A stretch of 64,000 nucleotides of DNA, taken from the IMG/VR virus record IMGVR_UViG_3300029517_000186. One strand, written 5' to 3'. This DNA is from a virus. Lineage: Duplodnaviria; Heunggongvirae; Uroviricota; Caudoviricetes. The translations under genes and the position numbers were made by a program. Under the pieces are notes generated by a model. That model saw only the letters and a program-made list of their open reading frames with translations, was not told where the DNA came from and did not search any database. Below are positions 9,629-18,346 of the stretch, one piece after another (position 1 is the first letter of the stretch; every line of letters begins with the position of its first letter).

Positions 9629-10024
9629 TTAACATTGATGTCCTAGCATTTTTAATTCATTATTTGCTTCTATTTTCATTGTACATATTCTACTAATTGC
9701 ATTATATGTAAATTTAGATTGCTCTTCAAAGGTTCCTAATATATCTCGTTTAATCATAAGCTCTTTACATTTATCTGAAGACTCTTTGTGTAATTTCATT
9801 TCTTTTACCATTGAATCTAAAATAGAATGCATTGAGGAAAAATAGGTAAAATAATTTCCTACTTCACTCAATAAATTTCCTATTTCCAATAAATCTATTT
9901 CATCTGATCTAGGAATTTCTTTCTTAAAATTAATTAAATACCATTCATATAAATCCGTTGAAGAAGCTTCAAGGATATCACTTATAGACTTATTTTTTAA
10001 TTCATTATTCATATTTGTTTCCAT
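9629..10024 (-). CDS. hypothetical soluble protein co-transcribed between the CPBP protease and the sigma factor (candidate sigma partner)
   Basis: 131 aa; AAGGAG RBS; 3-nt gaps to both neighbours; no promoter of its own. Confidence 0.55.
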   Translation of the reverse strand: METNMNNELKNKSISDILEASSTDLYEWYLINFKKEIPRSDEIDLLEIGNLLSEVGNYFTYFSSMHSILDSMVKEMKLHKESSDKCKELMIKRDILGTFEEQSKFTYNAISRICTMKIEANNELKMLGHQC

Positions 10025-10027
10025 AAA

Positions 10028-10939
10028 TTATTGCTCCTTAATTTCTATATTGATATTTTCAAAACACTTAATTACAAAATAAATTAAACTCATTATGCAG
10101 ACTATTAAAATGCATACCTGTAAATATATATTTGTTATAAAAAACGTAAATGGTATTAATGCCACACAGTTTATTAGAATATGATATAAGCTGCTAAGTT
10201 TAATACCATATTTATCTCTTACAGCACCTAACAAATATCCGCCAAAAGCATATATAGGGAATAAAATAAAATTAAAATGAATTATTCCAAATAAAACTGC
10301 TTGGATTATATTTGCACATAATTTATTGTTGCTTGCTTTATATGCATAGCCATAAATTATATATCTAAAAGTCAATTCCTCAATAATAGGTGCCACAAAA
10401 GTTGCTATTATTGTAGATATAATTGTTTTTATTCCTAAACTTCCATAATCAATATTTGATACATTTACAAAATGCATTTGAATTCCTGAAATAAGCTGCA
10501 ATATTACAGAAGTTAATATGAAACAAAATACAAAATTCCAATTTACTACTAATTTATTTTTCATAAACAAATCTTTTTTATAATTGTAAAATGAGCTTTT
10601 TATACAAATAATGCACATAACAAACATTAATGTATATGTTGATATTGTGTAAATTAATCGAAATCCTTCATAATCTATTTTAGTTGAAATTCCTCCTGCA
10701 TCATTCATATACATATTTAATAGACTGTCTATAAATGTTGCAATAAACATAGAAAATAAAATTATAAAAACAGAAATAATAAATGGAATAAAAATCTTTA
10801 TATACTGTTTTGATTTTGAAAAGAAAGAATTACTTTTCATTTTGTTTTTTGCCATAAAATCCATATAAGAATTTAAATCATGCTTATTTTTTTTATTTCT
10901 TAATTCCTTAATATTACTGTTGTTGTTACTAAGTATCAT
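10028..10939 (-). CDS. CPBP-family (Abi/CAAX, PrsW-like) intramembrane metalloprotease
   Basis: Polytopic; motif 1 EELTFR (APIIEELTFRYII), motif 2 FGIIH, downstream conserved His; GGAGGA RBS. Confidence 0.8.
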   Translation of the reverse strand: MILSNNNSNIKELRNKKNKHDLNSYMDFMAKNKMKSNSFFSKSKQYIKIFIPFIISVFIILFSMFIATFIDSLLNMYMNDAGGISTKIDYEGFRLIYTISTYTLMFVMCIICIKSSFYNYKKDLFMKNKLVVNWNFVFCFILTSVILQLISGIQMHFVNVSNIDYGSLGIKTIISTIIATFVAPIIEELTFRYIIYGYAYKASNNKLCANIIQAVLFGIIHFNFILFPIYAFGGYLLGAVRDKYGIKLSSLYHILINCVALIPFTFFITNIYLQVCILIVCIMSLIYFVIKCFENINIEIKEQ

Positions 10940-10968
10940 ATATTTTCCTCCAACCTTTCTAATATATA

Positions 10969-10981
10969 TATGACAGATACA
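10969..10981 (-). promoter_or_regulatory. class II promoter for the CPBP-ORF-sigma operon
   Basis: TATGACAGATAC with TTTACATAAAAAAA placed so that ATGTAAA-N17-CTGTCAT on the coding strand. Confidence 0.55.
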
Positions 10982-11002
10982 ATTTTAAAAATCTTTACAT
11001 AA

Positions 11003-11036
11003 AAAAATACCGCTGCAATAAACAGCGGTAAAACAT
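11003..11036. terminator. intrinsic terminator
   Basis: TACCGCTG ... CAGCGGTA hairpin between A and T runs. Confidence 0.55.
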
Positions 11037-11051
11037 AAAATAAATATTAAA

Positions 11052-12737
11052 TTAGCATTTGCGTACTATTGAAGGGGCTGACATATCAGGGTTAATGAAT
11101 TTCTTACATAAATGTTCAATTCCAGTTGTTGAATCAAGCCAATATAAATAATCTCCATCAACGTCCACCAGATATTCATTAATAGAATCAAGAACATCGT
11201 TTACTTCGGAAACAGTACAAATAAATCTATATGAAGACTTATTTTTCTTTAAAGGTTTAACAGATTTAACAATAATCTGATATACAGTTTCGTCATCTGA
11301 AGATCTAAAATCATCTACTTGAATTTTCCCTGATAAACATAATTTAGCATCATTAACAAGTAAGTCTCTAATATTTGCATAATCCTTAGAAAAACATACA
11401 CCATTAATAGAACCTGTTTTATCTTCTACCTCAAAAGTTACCCATTCGTATCCATTTCTGTCCTTTCTTATAACAAGATTTTTAATTATACCAGATACAT
11501 CATTAACTTCTGTTGAAATATCAGAAATGGGATCTGTATAAATATTATACTCATCAATTGGATGCCCTGTAATATAAACACCTAACACTTCTTTTTCATC
11601 ATTTAGAATCTGACCTAAATCATCTTCTACATAATCAATATCTATATTTTCAAGATCATCTTCTAAGCTTTCTATAACTGTCTTAGCTGAATTGATACGT
11701 TTAATTATGGAATCCTTAGTTGGCATCTTTTTTGAAGTAACTTGAAAGGAAATATTTTCTTCTGAAATTTTTTCCTTAAACTCATCAAGATCAATATAAT
11801 CTTCCACAAATTCAATAACTTTACTTGCGTTTTCAATAAACTTACTCTTCTCTCTGATTTTCTTGATTGTATCCTGAATTTCTTTCATACAAATCATATC
11901 TAATGATATCATTGTTCTTGTATAACCAAGGCAATCAAAAGCACCTGCTTTAATTAAGGAACTTAATGCTTCTGCATTAATATTTGTTCGTTTGATAAAA
12001 TCCTTAATATCAGAATATTCTCCATTAGCATTTCTATCTTCAACAATTTTAGCTGCTTCTGCTCCAACATTCTTAATATTACTCAGACCATACAAAATAT
12101 TTCCATCTACAACATCACAATGTAAATTTGAAGCATTAATGTCCGGAGGCAATACCTTTACTCCAAAATCAAGAGCATCACTAATATCATCAGCGACTTC
12201 ATCAATCTTATCAGTATGATTTATTACATTTGTAAGATAATAAGCCGGATAATAATACTTAAGAAAAGCAGTCCAATATGATGTAACAGCATAAGCAGAG
12301 GCATGTGACTTATTAAAAGCATACTTAGCAAAATCAACCATCGCATCCCAGATTTTATGAGCAATTTCTTCTGGTATTCCATTTGCAATACAACCTGGTA
12401 CTAATGCTTCATTTTCTTTTTTAGTATCAGCATTGCCATATACAAAAGTGTGTCTTTCAGCATCAATTTCATCCTGATGTTTTTTTGACATAGCTCTACG
12501 GACTAAATCAGAACGCCCCCATGTATATCCTGCTAAATCACGAACAATCTGCATTACCTGTTCCTGATAAACTATCTGTCCATAAGTAGTTGACAAAATT
12601 GGCTCTAATTGAGGACATAAATATTTAATCTTAGATGCATCCTTTTTACCTTCTATGAAATCAGGTATAAACTTTTCAGGACCAGGACGATATAAAGCAT
12701 TCATTGCTATTAAATCTTCAATACCTGTTTTATTCAT
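11052..12737 (-). CDS. dnaE: DNA polymerase III alpha subunit (DnaE), C-terminal part of a split gene
   Basis: IEDLIAMNALYRPGP, YGQIVYQEQVMQIV, FAKYAFNKSHASAYAVTSYWTAFLKYYYP; begins exactly where the upstream ORF 18413..20962 ends in the DnaE alignment. Confidence 0.9.
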   Translation of the reverse strand: MNKTGIEDLIAMNALYRPGPEKFIPDFIEGKKDASKIKYLCPQLEPILSTTYGQIVYQEQVMQIVRDLAGYTWGRSDLVRRAMSKKHQDEIDAERHTFVYGNADTKKENEALVPGCIANGIPEEIAHKIWDAMVDFAKYAFNKSHASAYAVTSYWTAFLKYYYPAYYLTNVINHTDKIDEVADDISDALDFGVKVLPPDINASNLHCDVVDGNILYGLSNIKNVGAEAAKIVEDRNANGEYSDIKDFIKRTNINAEALSSLIKAGAFDCLGYTRTMISLDMICMKEIQDTIKKIREKSKFIENASKVIEFVEDYIDLDEFKEKISEENISFQVTSKKMPTKDSIIKRINSAKTVIESLEDDLENIDIDYVEDDLGQILNDEKEVLGVYITGHPIDEYNIYTDPISDISTEVNDVSGIIKNLVIRKDRNGYEWVTFEVEDKTGSINGVCFSKDYANIRDLLVNDAKLCLSGKIQVDDFRSSDDETVYQIIVKSVKPLKKNKSSYRFICTVSEVNDVLDSINEYLVDVDGDYLYWLDSTTGIEHLCKKFINPDMSAPSIVRKC

Positions 12738-12773
12738 TTTAAATTTCTCCTTTCAATTCATAACTATATAATT

Positions 12774-12786
12774 TATGACAGAAAAT
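12774..12786 (-). promoter_or_regulatory. conserved promoter motif for the dnaE C-part
   Basis: TATGACAGAAAAT, 35 nt upstream of the AAGGAG RBS and ATG. Confidence 0.55.
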
Positions 12787-12789
12787 TAA

Positions 12790-12816
12790 AAAAAGCGTCC
12801 AATTTTGGACGCTTGC
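12790..12816. terminator. intrinsic terminator
   Basis: AGCGTCC ... GGACGCT hairpin. Confidence 0.55.
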
Positions 12817-12823
12817 ATGAATA

Positions 12824-13129
12824 TTAAAAAGAATACTTGTTACATATATTTTCTTTTATATAAGTTATCAAATTTTTAGCATAATCTATTCTGCCTTTTA
12901 ATTTATCAATATCATTAATATCATATGAAACATTACCAGTAATACTAATATAAAAATCATCTTTTATGGTTTTAATTTCAATATCATAATATGGAATCTT
13001 TGGAGTAAAAAAGAATCTTATGACTTTACCTGTTCTTAAATCTCTTCTTAATAGAATTCTATATGTTTTATTATCGTATTCATCTATTATCCATGGACCG
13101 GATTCATATGTTCTAATAAAAGTTACCAT
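12824..13129 (-). CDS. hypothetical protein
   Basis: 101 aa; ATGA overlap with the upstream ORF. Confidence 0.5.
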   Translation of the reverse strand: MVTFIRTYESGPWIIDEYDNKTYRILLRRDLRTGKVIRFFFTPKIPYYDIEIKTIKDDFYISITGNVSYDINDIDKLKGRIDYAKNLITYIKENICNKYSF

Positions 13130-13659
13130 TATCTTACTTCTTCCTCTCTGTTATCTTTATTAATTTCAGTATGAATTACATCTGGCATAATTTTATCTTC
13201 ATCATCTTCTCCGCCTAAATCTAAATCAATATCTGATAGTTCATTTGTGTCAATATTGTTTGTTATATTACTAATATTAACACTTTTACAATTTTGAGTC
13301 ATTGCCTTTATAACATCATCTATAGTTTTAGCATCTCTACCGATTCCGTCAAGATAAAAAGCAGCCGTTACCTGAGCGCAAAAATCTGCGATTATATGTC
13401 TATCAGTTGTTTCAGGGCAAAACTTAGGAACATTATAATATTCACAATCTCTATTGATTTGGGAACACGCAGCTATTGCAGCTTCATGTTTAATTCTCCG
13501 ATTTTTATCCATAGACTGAATAGCTTCTCGTAATTCTTCTCCCTCAAGTGTAGCATATTTAATTGGAGTTGAATAGTTTTGATGATAAACAATCTGTACA
13601 TATTCTCCAAATGCGGCCATATTGTAATTTAACATATCTAAATCATTCTCTATATTCAT
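13129..13659 (-). CDS. hypothetical protein (Cys-containing)
   Basis: 176 aa; its start lies inside a 21-aa micro-ORF (13643..13708) that carries the strong GGAAGGAGAG RBS. Confidence 0.5.
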   Translation of the reverse strand: MNIENDLDMLNYNMAAFGEYVQIVYHQNYSTPIKYATLEGEELREAIQSMDKNRRIKHEAAIAACSQINRDCEYYNVPKFCPETTDRHIIADFCAQVTAAFYLDGIGRDAKTIDDVIKAMTQNCKSVNISNITNNIDTNELSDIDLDLGGEDDEDKIMPDVIHTEINKDNREEEVR

Positions 13660-13747
13660 TATCTGGCGAATTTATTGCATTTACTAATTCCTTAAATTCT
13701 TTAATCATATTTTTTACTCTCCTTCCATTTATTGTTATAATAAATAA

Positions 13748-13760
13748 ATGACAGAAAAAT
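13748..13760 (-). promoter_or_regulatory. conserved promoter motif (variant AATGACAGAAAAA)
   Basis: Upstream of 13129..13659, followed by the terminator at 13765..13795. Confidence 0.45.
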
Positions 13761-13807
13761 AAAATAACAAGTACCTATTAATGGGTACTTGTTATTAAGC
13801 ATTTGTT

Positions 13808-14116
13808 TTAATTTGAATTACTCTTATCATGTACAAAATATAATTTTTGTATTAATTCAGATTTTCTTTTTTCATACTGAAATAAATCATCACATTCACA
13901 TGATAAAAAACTTGCAACAGAATCAATTTGTTTTACAATTTCCTTTACTATACAATCAATGATTTCCTTTGGTAATTCCAATAGTTTAATTAAGCCTAAA
14001 TGCTCCCCTTCATGAATTATGAAAGCTGTATCCGGTGTCAAAACTAGCGTTGCTGTAGAGCCTTCAGAATCAAAATAACAGGATGCCGTATTATTGTTAT
14101 AATAATTAATGCACAT
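13808..14116 (-). CDS. hypothetical protein; possibly N-terminally extended to 14224 through an in-frame TAG
   Basis: 102 aa with no SD of its own; an AAGGAG RBS and ATG at 14224 are in frame, separated by TAG at codon 10. Confidence 0.45.
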   Translation of the reverse strand: MCINYYNNNTASCYFDSEGSTATLVLTPDTAFIIHEGEHLGLIKLLELPKEIIDCIVKEIVKQIDSVASFLSCECDDLFQYEKRKSELIQKLYFVHDKSNSN

Positions 14117-14244
14117 ATCTAATAAGTCATTTTGGACATCGGTTAAATATGAAGCGTTTACTCTACAATTTGTCTTTTCGAATTTAATATTACACTAACC
14201 ATTTGTTAAAATTTCAATTATCATGATTTTCTCCTTAAATATAA

Positions 14245-15126
14245 TTATAGGCAAACAATGTTACCATTTTTAAGTATACTTATAATACTGTTAAGTTCAT
14301 ACAAACCTAATATCTGCTCACTAATTTCATTTAACATATTATCTGATACATTAGCGTTATAAGCATCAAGTTCTACATCTGTTTTTATTGTTGCTAAAAT
14401 TTTTGACAACAAAATATTATCTTCACTATTTATCAAACAAGTTGAAATACTTTTTCCTTTAGACATATTAGATTCAATATCTGAAATATTCATATATATG
14501 TTAAACAAATTTCCATACTTATGTATTAGTTTACTTGCAGTTTTAGGTCCAATACCTGCAGCTCCAGGAATATTATCCGATTTATCTCCCATTAATGCTT
14601 TTACATCAATAAACTGTTTAGGAGTAACGGAATATTCATTCATAATTTCTGCCGGAGTCCAAATATCTTCCGGGTTGTTTGGAACAACTAATGATACTAA
14701 ATCATTACATAATTGCAACAAATCATGATCCGCAGATATGATATTTACTTTATTACCTGCTTTACTTTCAATAGTTGAAATTGTCCCTATAATATCATCT
14801 GCTTCATATCCTTCTTTTTCAATAACACATATATTCATTGTTTTAAGAATAGGGACAATAGCCTGTCTCTGAATCTTAAATTCTTCCGGTGCAGGATCTC
14901 TAGTTGCCTTGTACCCATTATACATTAAATGCCTGAAAGTTGGCTTTGCAGTATCAAATGCAACAATTAATTCATCAGGACTATACTTTTCTTTCATATA
15001 TAGAATTGTATTTAAAGCTCCTTTAATTGCATTAGTCGGAAATCCCTTTGAGGTTTTTAATTCTGGAACACCGTAAAAAGATCTTCTGAGAATGTAATTC
15101 CCATCAAAAATCATAATATTTTTCAT
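14245..15126 (-). CDS. 5'-3' exonuclease / flap endonuclease (Pol I N-terminal domain family)
   Basis: AAGGAG RBS and ATG at 15126 (MKNIMIFDGNYILRRS...); the ORF-track extension past the promoter is rejected; GFPTNAIKG, LIVAFD, helix-hairpin-helix region. Confidence 0.85.
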   Translation of the reverse strand: MKNIMIFDGNYILRRSFYGVPELKTSKGFPTNAIKGALNTILYMKEKYSPDELIVAFDTAKPTFRHLMYNGYKATRDPAPEEFKIQRQAIVPILKTMNICVIEKEGYEADDIIGTISTIESKAGNKVNIISADHDLLQLCNDLVSLVVPNNPEDIWTPAEIMNEYSVTPKQFIDVKALMGDKSDNIPGAAGIGPKTASKLIHKYGNLFNIYMNISDIESNMSKGKSISTCLINSEDNILLSKILATIKTDVELDAYNANVSDNMLNEISEQILGLYELNSIISILKNGNIVCL

Positions 15127-15158
15127 TAATTTTTCTCCTTTATAATTTTTAATATATT

Positions 15159-15171
15159 TATGACAGAAAAA
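15159..15171 (-). promoter_or_regulatory. conserved promoter motif for the FEN gene
   Basis: TATGACAGAAAAA. Confidence 0.55.
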
Positions 15172-15234
15172 AAGCAGGAAACATAAGTCTCCCGCTTTCA
15201 AAAAATCTTATTCAGTTATGAAAAATTAAAATAT

Positions 15235-15492
15235 TCAATTTCTTTCACTTAAGAATTTTTCCACAGCATCTTCAACAGCTTCATATTCAGTAAGACCGTT
15301 ACCTTCTGCGTAAGTATCATAAGCTGCTTCACCAATATCAATATAATCATTCTCAGTAATATCAGAATGATACTGAGGCTGAATAATCTCTTTAGCTGTA
15401 TTAATCATCCATGTTGAAACAAATTCCTTATGAGCCTTATAAATCTCATCATCTGTTAATTTTATTTCCTTACCATTTCTTATTATTGTCAT
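15235..15492 (-). CDS. small acidic protein
   Basis: 85 aa, D/E-rich; AAGGAG RBS. Confidence 0.55.
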   Translation of the reverse strand: MTIIRNGKEIKLTDDEIYKAHKEFVSTWMINTAKEIIQPQYHSDITENDYIDIGEAAYDTYAEGNGLTEYEAVEDAVEKFLSERN

Positions 15493-15504
15493 TATTTATT
15501 CTCC

Positions 15505-15774
15505 TTAGTTGTTATTATTTTCGTCAGAATTATCATATATGACGCTTTCAATTATATTAACTGCTGTATCTGCATAAATAACTTCCTCGCCATCATCGTT
15601 AGAATATCCATCGTCATCATATGTACTTTCAGTCAGCCAACTTGCCTCAGAAACTTCTTTAGAAGCTTCTGAAATCTCACTTATTAAAGTATTTTTAATG
15701 ATATTCAACATATTCTTTTCTGTTTCTGATTCTGAAGTTTTAATAAAGTCATTTATAATATTTAAAGTTTTCAT
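15505..15774 (-). CDS. small highly acidic protein (DNA-mimic candidate)
   Basis: 89 aa; DDDGYSNDDGEE and a poly-N tail. Confidence 0.5.
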   Translation of the reverse strand: MKTLNIINDFIKTSESETEKNMLNIIKNTLISEISEASKEVSEASWLTESTYDDDGYSNDDGEEVIYADTAVNIIESVIYDNSDENNNN

Positions 15775-15789
15775 GAAATCCCTTTCTTT

Positions 15790-16248
15790 TTACAATGTAC
15801 TTTTTATAACTTTAACAGGTTCTAATCTGCCATTTATAAATGAAGCCGTTCCTAATGTTTTGTCAGTATTTTCAGAAGATTCAAAGAAATCATTTGCCAT
15901 ATCCTCATTTGAAAAATATGAATATTCTCCTGAATTGTCTCCACTATCTGACTCATATCCTATCCATACATAATATAATGAAAAGCTTTCAAGGCTATCA
16001 CTGTCTTCAGGGATTTCTCCATCCCAATCATCATTTTCTTTTATATCTTCTTCTAATTCATATTTAAACTCGCTCATCATATTAGGATCGTCTAAATATA
16101 CACATTTATGGTAATTATCAACTGCAATTGCGCATTTCTGTCCTAATGGATGCAATAAATAATTCTTAGGCACTTCCAATAATGCTTTTATCATATCATT
16201 TACTGTTTCTAAGTTGTTTTCCTTAATTTCAAATGCGTTAGTTTTCAT
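15790..16248 (-). CDS. acidic protein
   Basis: 152 aa, D/E/S-rich; AAGGAG RBS; promoter at 16285. Confidence 0.55.
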   Translation of the reverse strand: MKTNAFEIKENNLETVNDMIKALLEVPKNYLLHPLGQKCAIAVDNYHKCVYLDDPNMMSEFKYELEEDIKENDDWDGEIPEDSDSLESFSLYYVWIGYESDSGDNSGEYSYFSNEDMANDFFESSENTDKTLGTASFINGRLEPVKVIKSTL

Positions 16249-16284
16249 AATTTTATTCTCCTTTTTAAATTTTATAATAATACA

Positions 16285-16297
16285 ATGACAGAAAAAT
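16285..16297 (-). promoter_or_regulatory. conserved promoter motif (ATGACAGAAAAA)
   Basis: Upstream of the acidic-protein operon, followed by the terminator at 16299..16330. Confidence 0.5.
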
Positions 16298-16332
16298 AAA
16301 AAAACTGGCTACTAATAGTAACCAGTTTAATT

Positions 16333-17322
16333 TTATAACTTTACAATTTTCTCATTGATTTTCATTCTAAATGTATTGATTTTGTCTATATCTGGCTCAT
16401 CTGGCAATACAGAGTTTTTACATGCATTTTCAAACTTATTCTTGTATTCATCTACTATTTCAAAAAACTGTTTATTAGGGATTCCATTTTCATCAAGATA
16501 TACACCATTTCTAATATCCATCAACAAATCATGTTCTTTAATTCTTTTCGTTTGAATTTTCCCTTCAGAAACTAAATCAATTCCCATCATATACAATCTA
16601 AGTAAATGCATACTATGTTTTGCTATTTTACCATGATTTAATGCATGTTCATTCCTTTTACTTGTTTTCCGGTAATCTCTTAAAGTGTTATTAAATTCTG
16701 AAAGCATTCCTAACAAATCTTCCATTGAACACTGTGTTGCAATAATATTACATTTGATTTTGCCATCAACCAAATAAAAAGACACATTATTTTCATCTAA
16801 ATTGTACTTATCATTCATTTTCTTGGACATATTATTAAGCACTCCAGAAATGTGTCTATTTAATTCTTCCTCAGTTAAAGCAGCGTTGGTCTTCTGCTGC
16901 ATACGGTATAACTGTTGTAATGCATATTCACTAAATGTATTAATACATCTATTCGATAAAAAAATATCTTTATTTTTTAATAAAAGCTCCCCAATTTCAT
17001 TTTTATAAATATAATCATCTGTATCTAATCCTAAAAGTTCAATAGTGTTTGGATTGCATTTTGTTAATAAATCAATAATTTTGTCAAAACTATAAATAGT
17101 TGTATCTGTATTAACATCTACAAAATTTTCAAAATCATTACCTAACAAGATATCTTCTTTTCTTCTAACAGCAACTCCTCTTATATCAATATCGCTTTCT
17201 GGAAGATTTGTCCCATATGCTCTGCTACCACCTAATCCAAGTATACAAATATTCTTATCTAAATTTTGATTTTCCTTTAAAAATGAATACTCAGGCATAT
17301 TTAATATATTTTTATTTATCAT
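16333..17322 (-). CDS. Pol-beta superfamily nucleotidyltransferase (PF10127-like)
   Basis: G[GS]x9-13DhD motif GLGGSRAYGTNLPESDIDIRGV; C-terminal H..RL helix KHSMHLLRL. Confidence 0.7.
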   Translation of the reverse strand: MINKNILNMPEYSFLKENQNLDKNICILGLGGSRAYGTNLPESDIDIRGVAVRRKEDILLGNDFENFVDVNTDTTIYSFDKIIDLLTKCNPNTIELLGLDTDDYIYKNEIGELLLKNKDIFLSNRCINTFSEYALQQLYRMQQKTNAALTEEELNRHISGVLNNMSKKMNDKYNLDENNVSFYLVDGKIKCNIIATQCSMEDLLGMLSEFNNTLRDYRKTSKRNEHALNHGKIAKHSMHLLRLYMMGIDLVSEGKIQTKRIKEHDLLMDIRNGVYLDENGIPNKQFFEIVDEYKNKFENACKNSVLPDEPDIDKINTFRMKINEKIVKL

Positions 17323-17346
17323 ATTCTCTTTCCTATCCTTGTAATT

Positions 17347-17401
17347 GAACTACTCGCAACCGGCTATTGTCGGTTGGAGTTTTCTTGCTTAATTGCGATA
17401 A
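17347..17401 (-). repeat. copy 1 of the 55-nt structured repeat element (between ORF 17412..18044 and the nucleotidyltransferase gene)
   Basis: Plus strand GAACTACTCGCAACCGGCTATTGTCGGTTGGAGTTTTCTTGCTTAATTGCGATAA. Confidence 0.7.
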
Positions 17402-17411
17402 TATCATTCTT

Positions 17412-18044
17412 TTATTTTCTAACAATAGCAGAAAAATCTACTGACTGTAAAATCTTAATGATATCTTCTACTTCAGGACTTCTCCATGCAGTCATAGCAT
17501 AGGTATGAGCGTACTCATCATAATGATAATGATTTGCCTTTAGGTGTTCAGCGGCTGCCTTTTCTGTTAAAAACATTGTGTTTTCATAAATTTTATCTCT
17601 ATATGCATAACAGGTGAAAGTATATCTGCCATAATTATGCTCATTCAACCAAGTCTTTAAATCATCAAGATCAGTTAAGTATTCCTCATAATCATTATCT
17701 TCTTTTGATGTGATATAATATCCATCATATTCTTTTGAAATAACCCAAGAGTCACCGTTTTCTTCAAATTCCTTATTAAAAAATACAATTGCATCATCAA
17801 TATTATCAGCAACTTCTTCTACAGCTTCATTATCGATTAGTGTTACACCGTCTTCATATCCTTCTGGAACAATACACTTTTCTTTTCCCATAATAACCCA
17901 AAATCGAGGATCAGCTTGTCCTACATGGTCCTGTGTATTTAATTCATGCTGCAAATCAGACAAAAATTTGATTTCTTTATCTGTAATTTTATGTTTCTCT
18001 ACTGTGTCTGGATGGTATTGTAAATGTTCATGAAATATTGCCAT
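17412..18044 (-). CDS. hypothetical protein
   Basis: 210 aa; AAGGAG RBS. Confidence 0.6.
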   Translation of the reverse strand: MAIFHEHLQYHPDTVEKHKITDKEIKFLSDLQHELNTQDHVGQADPRFWVIMGKEKCIVPEGYEDGVTLIDNEAVEEVADNIDDAIVFFNKEFEENGDSWVISKEYDGYYITSKEDNDYEEYLTDLDDLKTWLNEHNYGRYTFTCYAYRDKIYENTMFLTEKAAAEHLKANHYHYDEYAHTYAMTAWRSPEVEDIIKILQSVDFSAIVRK

Positions 18045-18071
18045 ATTTTTCTCCTTAAACTTTATTTATTT

Positions 18072-18308
18072 TTATTCAGTATAGTATTGGAATGCACAAT
18101 CATACATTTGTTTCCCAGTTATCTGATCTGTGAATATAGGACAATGCCAATCCTTATCAAATCCTGTTTCCTTACACCATTCATTAATAACTCTAGTAGT
18201 AATTGGTGTGACAAACACATATAAATCTGATTCATGGTGAAAGATATCTTTTTCAGAATATCCAGCCTCAATAAGCCGTTGCATAAGAGTTTTATTATTT
18301 TTCTCCAT
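18072..18308 (-). CDS. hypothetical protein
   Basis: 78 aa; AAGGAG RBS; promoter at 18347. Confidence 0.55.
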   Translation of the reverse strand: MEKNNKTLMQRLIEAGYSEKDIFHHESDLYVFVTPITTRVINEWCKETGFDKDWHCPIFTDQITGKQMYDCAFQYYTE

Positions 18309-18346
18309 AATATTGTTCTCCTTTATTTATTATAATTTAAAAGAAA

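Noticed and set aside
14245-15201. N-terminal extensions in the ORF track (14245..15201, 43003..44862, 32996..33496, 51878..52627, 52634..53014, 25818..26114, 27009..27893, 40352..42124, 61793..62674)
   Set aside because: The extended part contains the promoter motif and/or terminator of the same gene, and a strong SD precedes an internal ATG. Starts were moved accordingly. Several track ORFs begin with TTG.
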